DNA of 63,681 nucleotides, counting the filler, from Saprolegnia diclina VS20 (Eukaryota): the NCBI RefSeq assembly GCF_000281045.1. It is 7 parts of 3 records of this genome, joined end to end, with 100 filler letters (N's around TTAATTAATTAA, not from the genome) between each part and the next. Parts side by side here need not be neighbours in the genome. Positions count along the whole stretch, not along the records: positions 60,384 to 61,988 come from NW_008246106.1; positions 62,089 to 63,681 come from NW_008246106.1; 5 more parts are not named here. One strand, given 5' to 3'. The notes under the pieces are model-generated. The model searched no databases, was not told the DNA's origin, and worked only from the letters and a program-made list of their open reading frames with translations. The number at the start of each line of letters is the position of its first letter. Position 1 is the first letter of the stretch. Both the position numbers and the translations under genes were made by a program. Positions 61,927 through 63,681 of the stretch are shown here, piece by piece.

Positions 61927-62777
61927 TATCATGCACGAAGCAAGCGCTATCCAGCTGTTCTTGCGGTCGCCTCGTTCAGATGTTTCGTNNNNNNNNNNNN
62001 NNNNNNNNNNNNNNNNNNNNNNNNNNNNNNNNTTAATTAATTAANNNNNNNNNNNNNNNNNNNNNNNNNNNNNNNNNNNNNNNNNNNNATTGCGGCTCTA
62101 CGGCTGCGATTCGGCCTTGCGAGCTACTTTCTCACGGGGGCACCGCCCGAGTTCGAGGCTTTGGATGTGATTCGCCACGCGCTCATCCAGAATTGGAACA
62201 CTGCTGCATGCCCATTGTCATCATCTGGCTTCGAGCGGTTCCGAGCACCTCGTACGACGATGGACGTGACCGACGACGACGTGAAGGCCAAAATCGCCGA
62301 CAACATGGCATAATCCATATGATTTCATCGTTCCTACCAGCCCACTCCCCCGGACCCTAGTTAATAATGGCGATTTCGATAATCGATTAAAATACTGTAT
62401 TTAGTGTGGACGATGGTGTAGTAGGATCACATATCCATTTCGATGTCGTTGTCAGTGTGTATAGGATGGAACATTTGTATATGTGTAGTTCGACATCCAA
62501 GGCATGGGCCTTTGTTGATGTTCAGAGGCGTAATTGCCAGTGTAAAACTTCTAGCATTTGGGTTGGAGAGCTTCGCTTGAGAAGATATGGACCATCGTTC
62601 GATAGCGTTGGAGCCACGAGACATGATTGTCGCATCTACCTCGGCGGCGTTCTCCTTTGATTGCCTTTGAATTGTGGTCGAGGAGCGAGATGAACTCGCT
62701 TTCTCAATTGTGTGTGTTTTCCCACGTGTGATTGATATATCTGACGTGTGTACGACATTGTCCTTCTTGATGAAGTT

Positions 62778-62787
62778 TTGTTGTTGA

Positions 62788-62881
<94 letters not shown>

Positions 62882-62882
62882 G
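62778..62882. repeat. (TTG)n microsatellite, more than 30 units, running into a gap
   Basis: Directly visible; reads as polyQ on the minus strand. Confidence 0.95.
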
Positions 62883-63681
62883 NNNNNNNNNNNNNNNNNN
62901 NNNNNNNNNNNNNNNNNNNNNNNNNNNNNNNNNNNNNNNNNNNNNNNNNNNNNNNNNNNNNNNNNNNNNNNNNNNNNNNNNNCCTGCGTGATACCAGCGA
63001 CTACTCCTTGGCAAGCGACACCGAGGCTGACGAGGACGCGCGCCGCACGGTTTGCGAGGAATCGGTCTTAGAATGAACTCCGCTAGGCGATTCAATGAAA
63101 ATTCGCTAGAATTTAATTGTCACCCGTCGCAAGCGGGCGTCCTGTCGACTGTGGACGATGACACTCGTGTGGCCGAGGCCCTTCTTTCGCCGCGAATCCA
63201 TGCGATACAGGACGTTGGCTTGCCAGGTAAGCAAATATCGCAGCGTCCTCATGCAGCAAGCGAGCTTGGGTCTGCGGCGTCGAGGATCGATGATCACCAA
63301 GCTCGATTGGTGGTATCAGTATCGTGTTGAGCAGCGCCGCAGCCATCGAGCGCCTGCATTAGTACCTAGGCGTAGGTGCGCACATGCACACAAGAGGTTC
63401 GCGGAGCCGTCGCATTCGTATTGGGCCGTGGTTGCTGGCGTCGATGCAGCGCTGGTCGCAGATATCGGCGCCGTAGCGGTAGAAATGCCCTTGCTTTGAT
63501 GTCGGACGTCTACGTGTTGTGAGGTATATAGTCGACGCGCCGAAACAAACGCGTACAAGAGCCTTTGTGCGAGGAGTGCGGACGATGGCCTCGACCGTGT
63601 CGCGCTCGTGGCGTCGTTTCAAGGCATCCGGATAAATAGCAGGACACCAATTGCAATTCATTTCAAAATGGGCACCGCGAC

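Noticed and set aside
19078..62088. TTAATTAATTAA flanked by about 44 Ns, six times (19122, 41274, 43842, 55893, 60328, 62033)
   Set aside because: This is an artificial 100-bp contig spacer with stops in all frames, not a biological repeat.

Overview
This is eukaryotic, gene-dense draft-assembly DNA from an oomycete, most likely Saprolegniaceae (Saprolegnia-like). That call is inferred from the strongly GC3-biased codons, short GT-AG introns of about 45-80 bp, INR-FPR core promoters and the gene set. The left half is mostly housekeeping: a DnaK-type protein with only the nucleotide-binding domain (NBD), cereblon, an SNF1-family kinase, a bacterial-type VOC/glyoxalase gene, GINS2/Psf2, an RRM+6xCCCH RNA-binding protein, two tandem GH47 mannosidases and Vps8. 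The right half is more accessory: a divergent intronless dynamin/Mx-like GTPase next to a Upf1/Sen1-type SF1 helicase, an FAD monooxygenase, two tandem secreted Pro-rich proteins, a GH19 chitinase, an aspartic protease-7TM (GPCR-like) fusion, a short atypical cytochrome P450, three ferric reductase/NOX-family paralogs, and a 1.2-kb internally deleted Tc1/mariner-type element with perfect 28-bp TIRs and TA target-site duplications. An ~83-bp fold-back lies at 501-683. The window has many N gaps, six N-TTAATTAATTAA-N spacers and several duplicated gap flanks, so linkage across gaps is uncertain. I recognised no rRNA, tRNA or CRISPR. All family calls come from motif recognition, not database searches, and exon boundaries are approximate.
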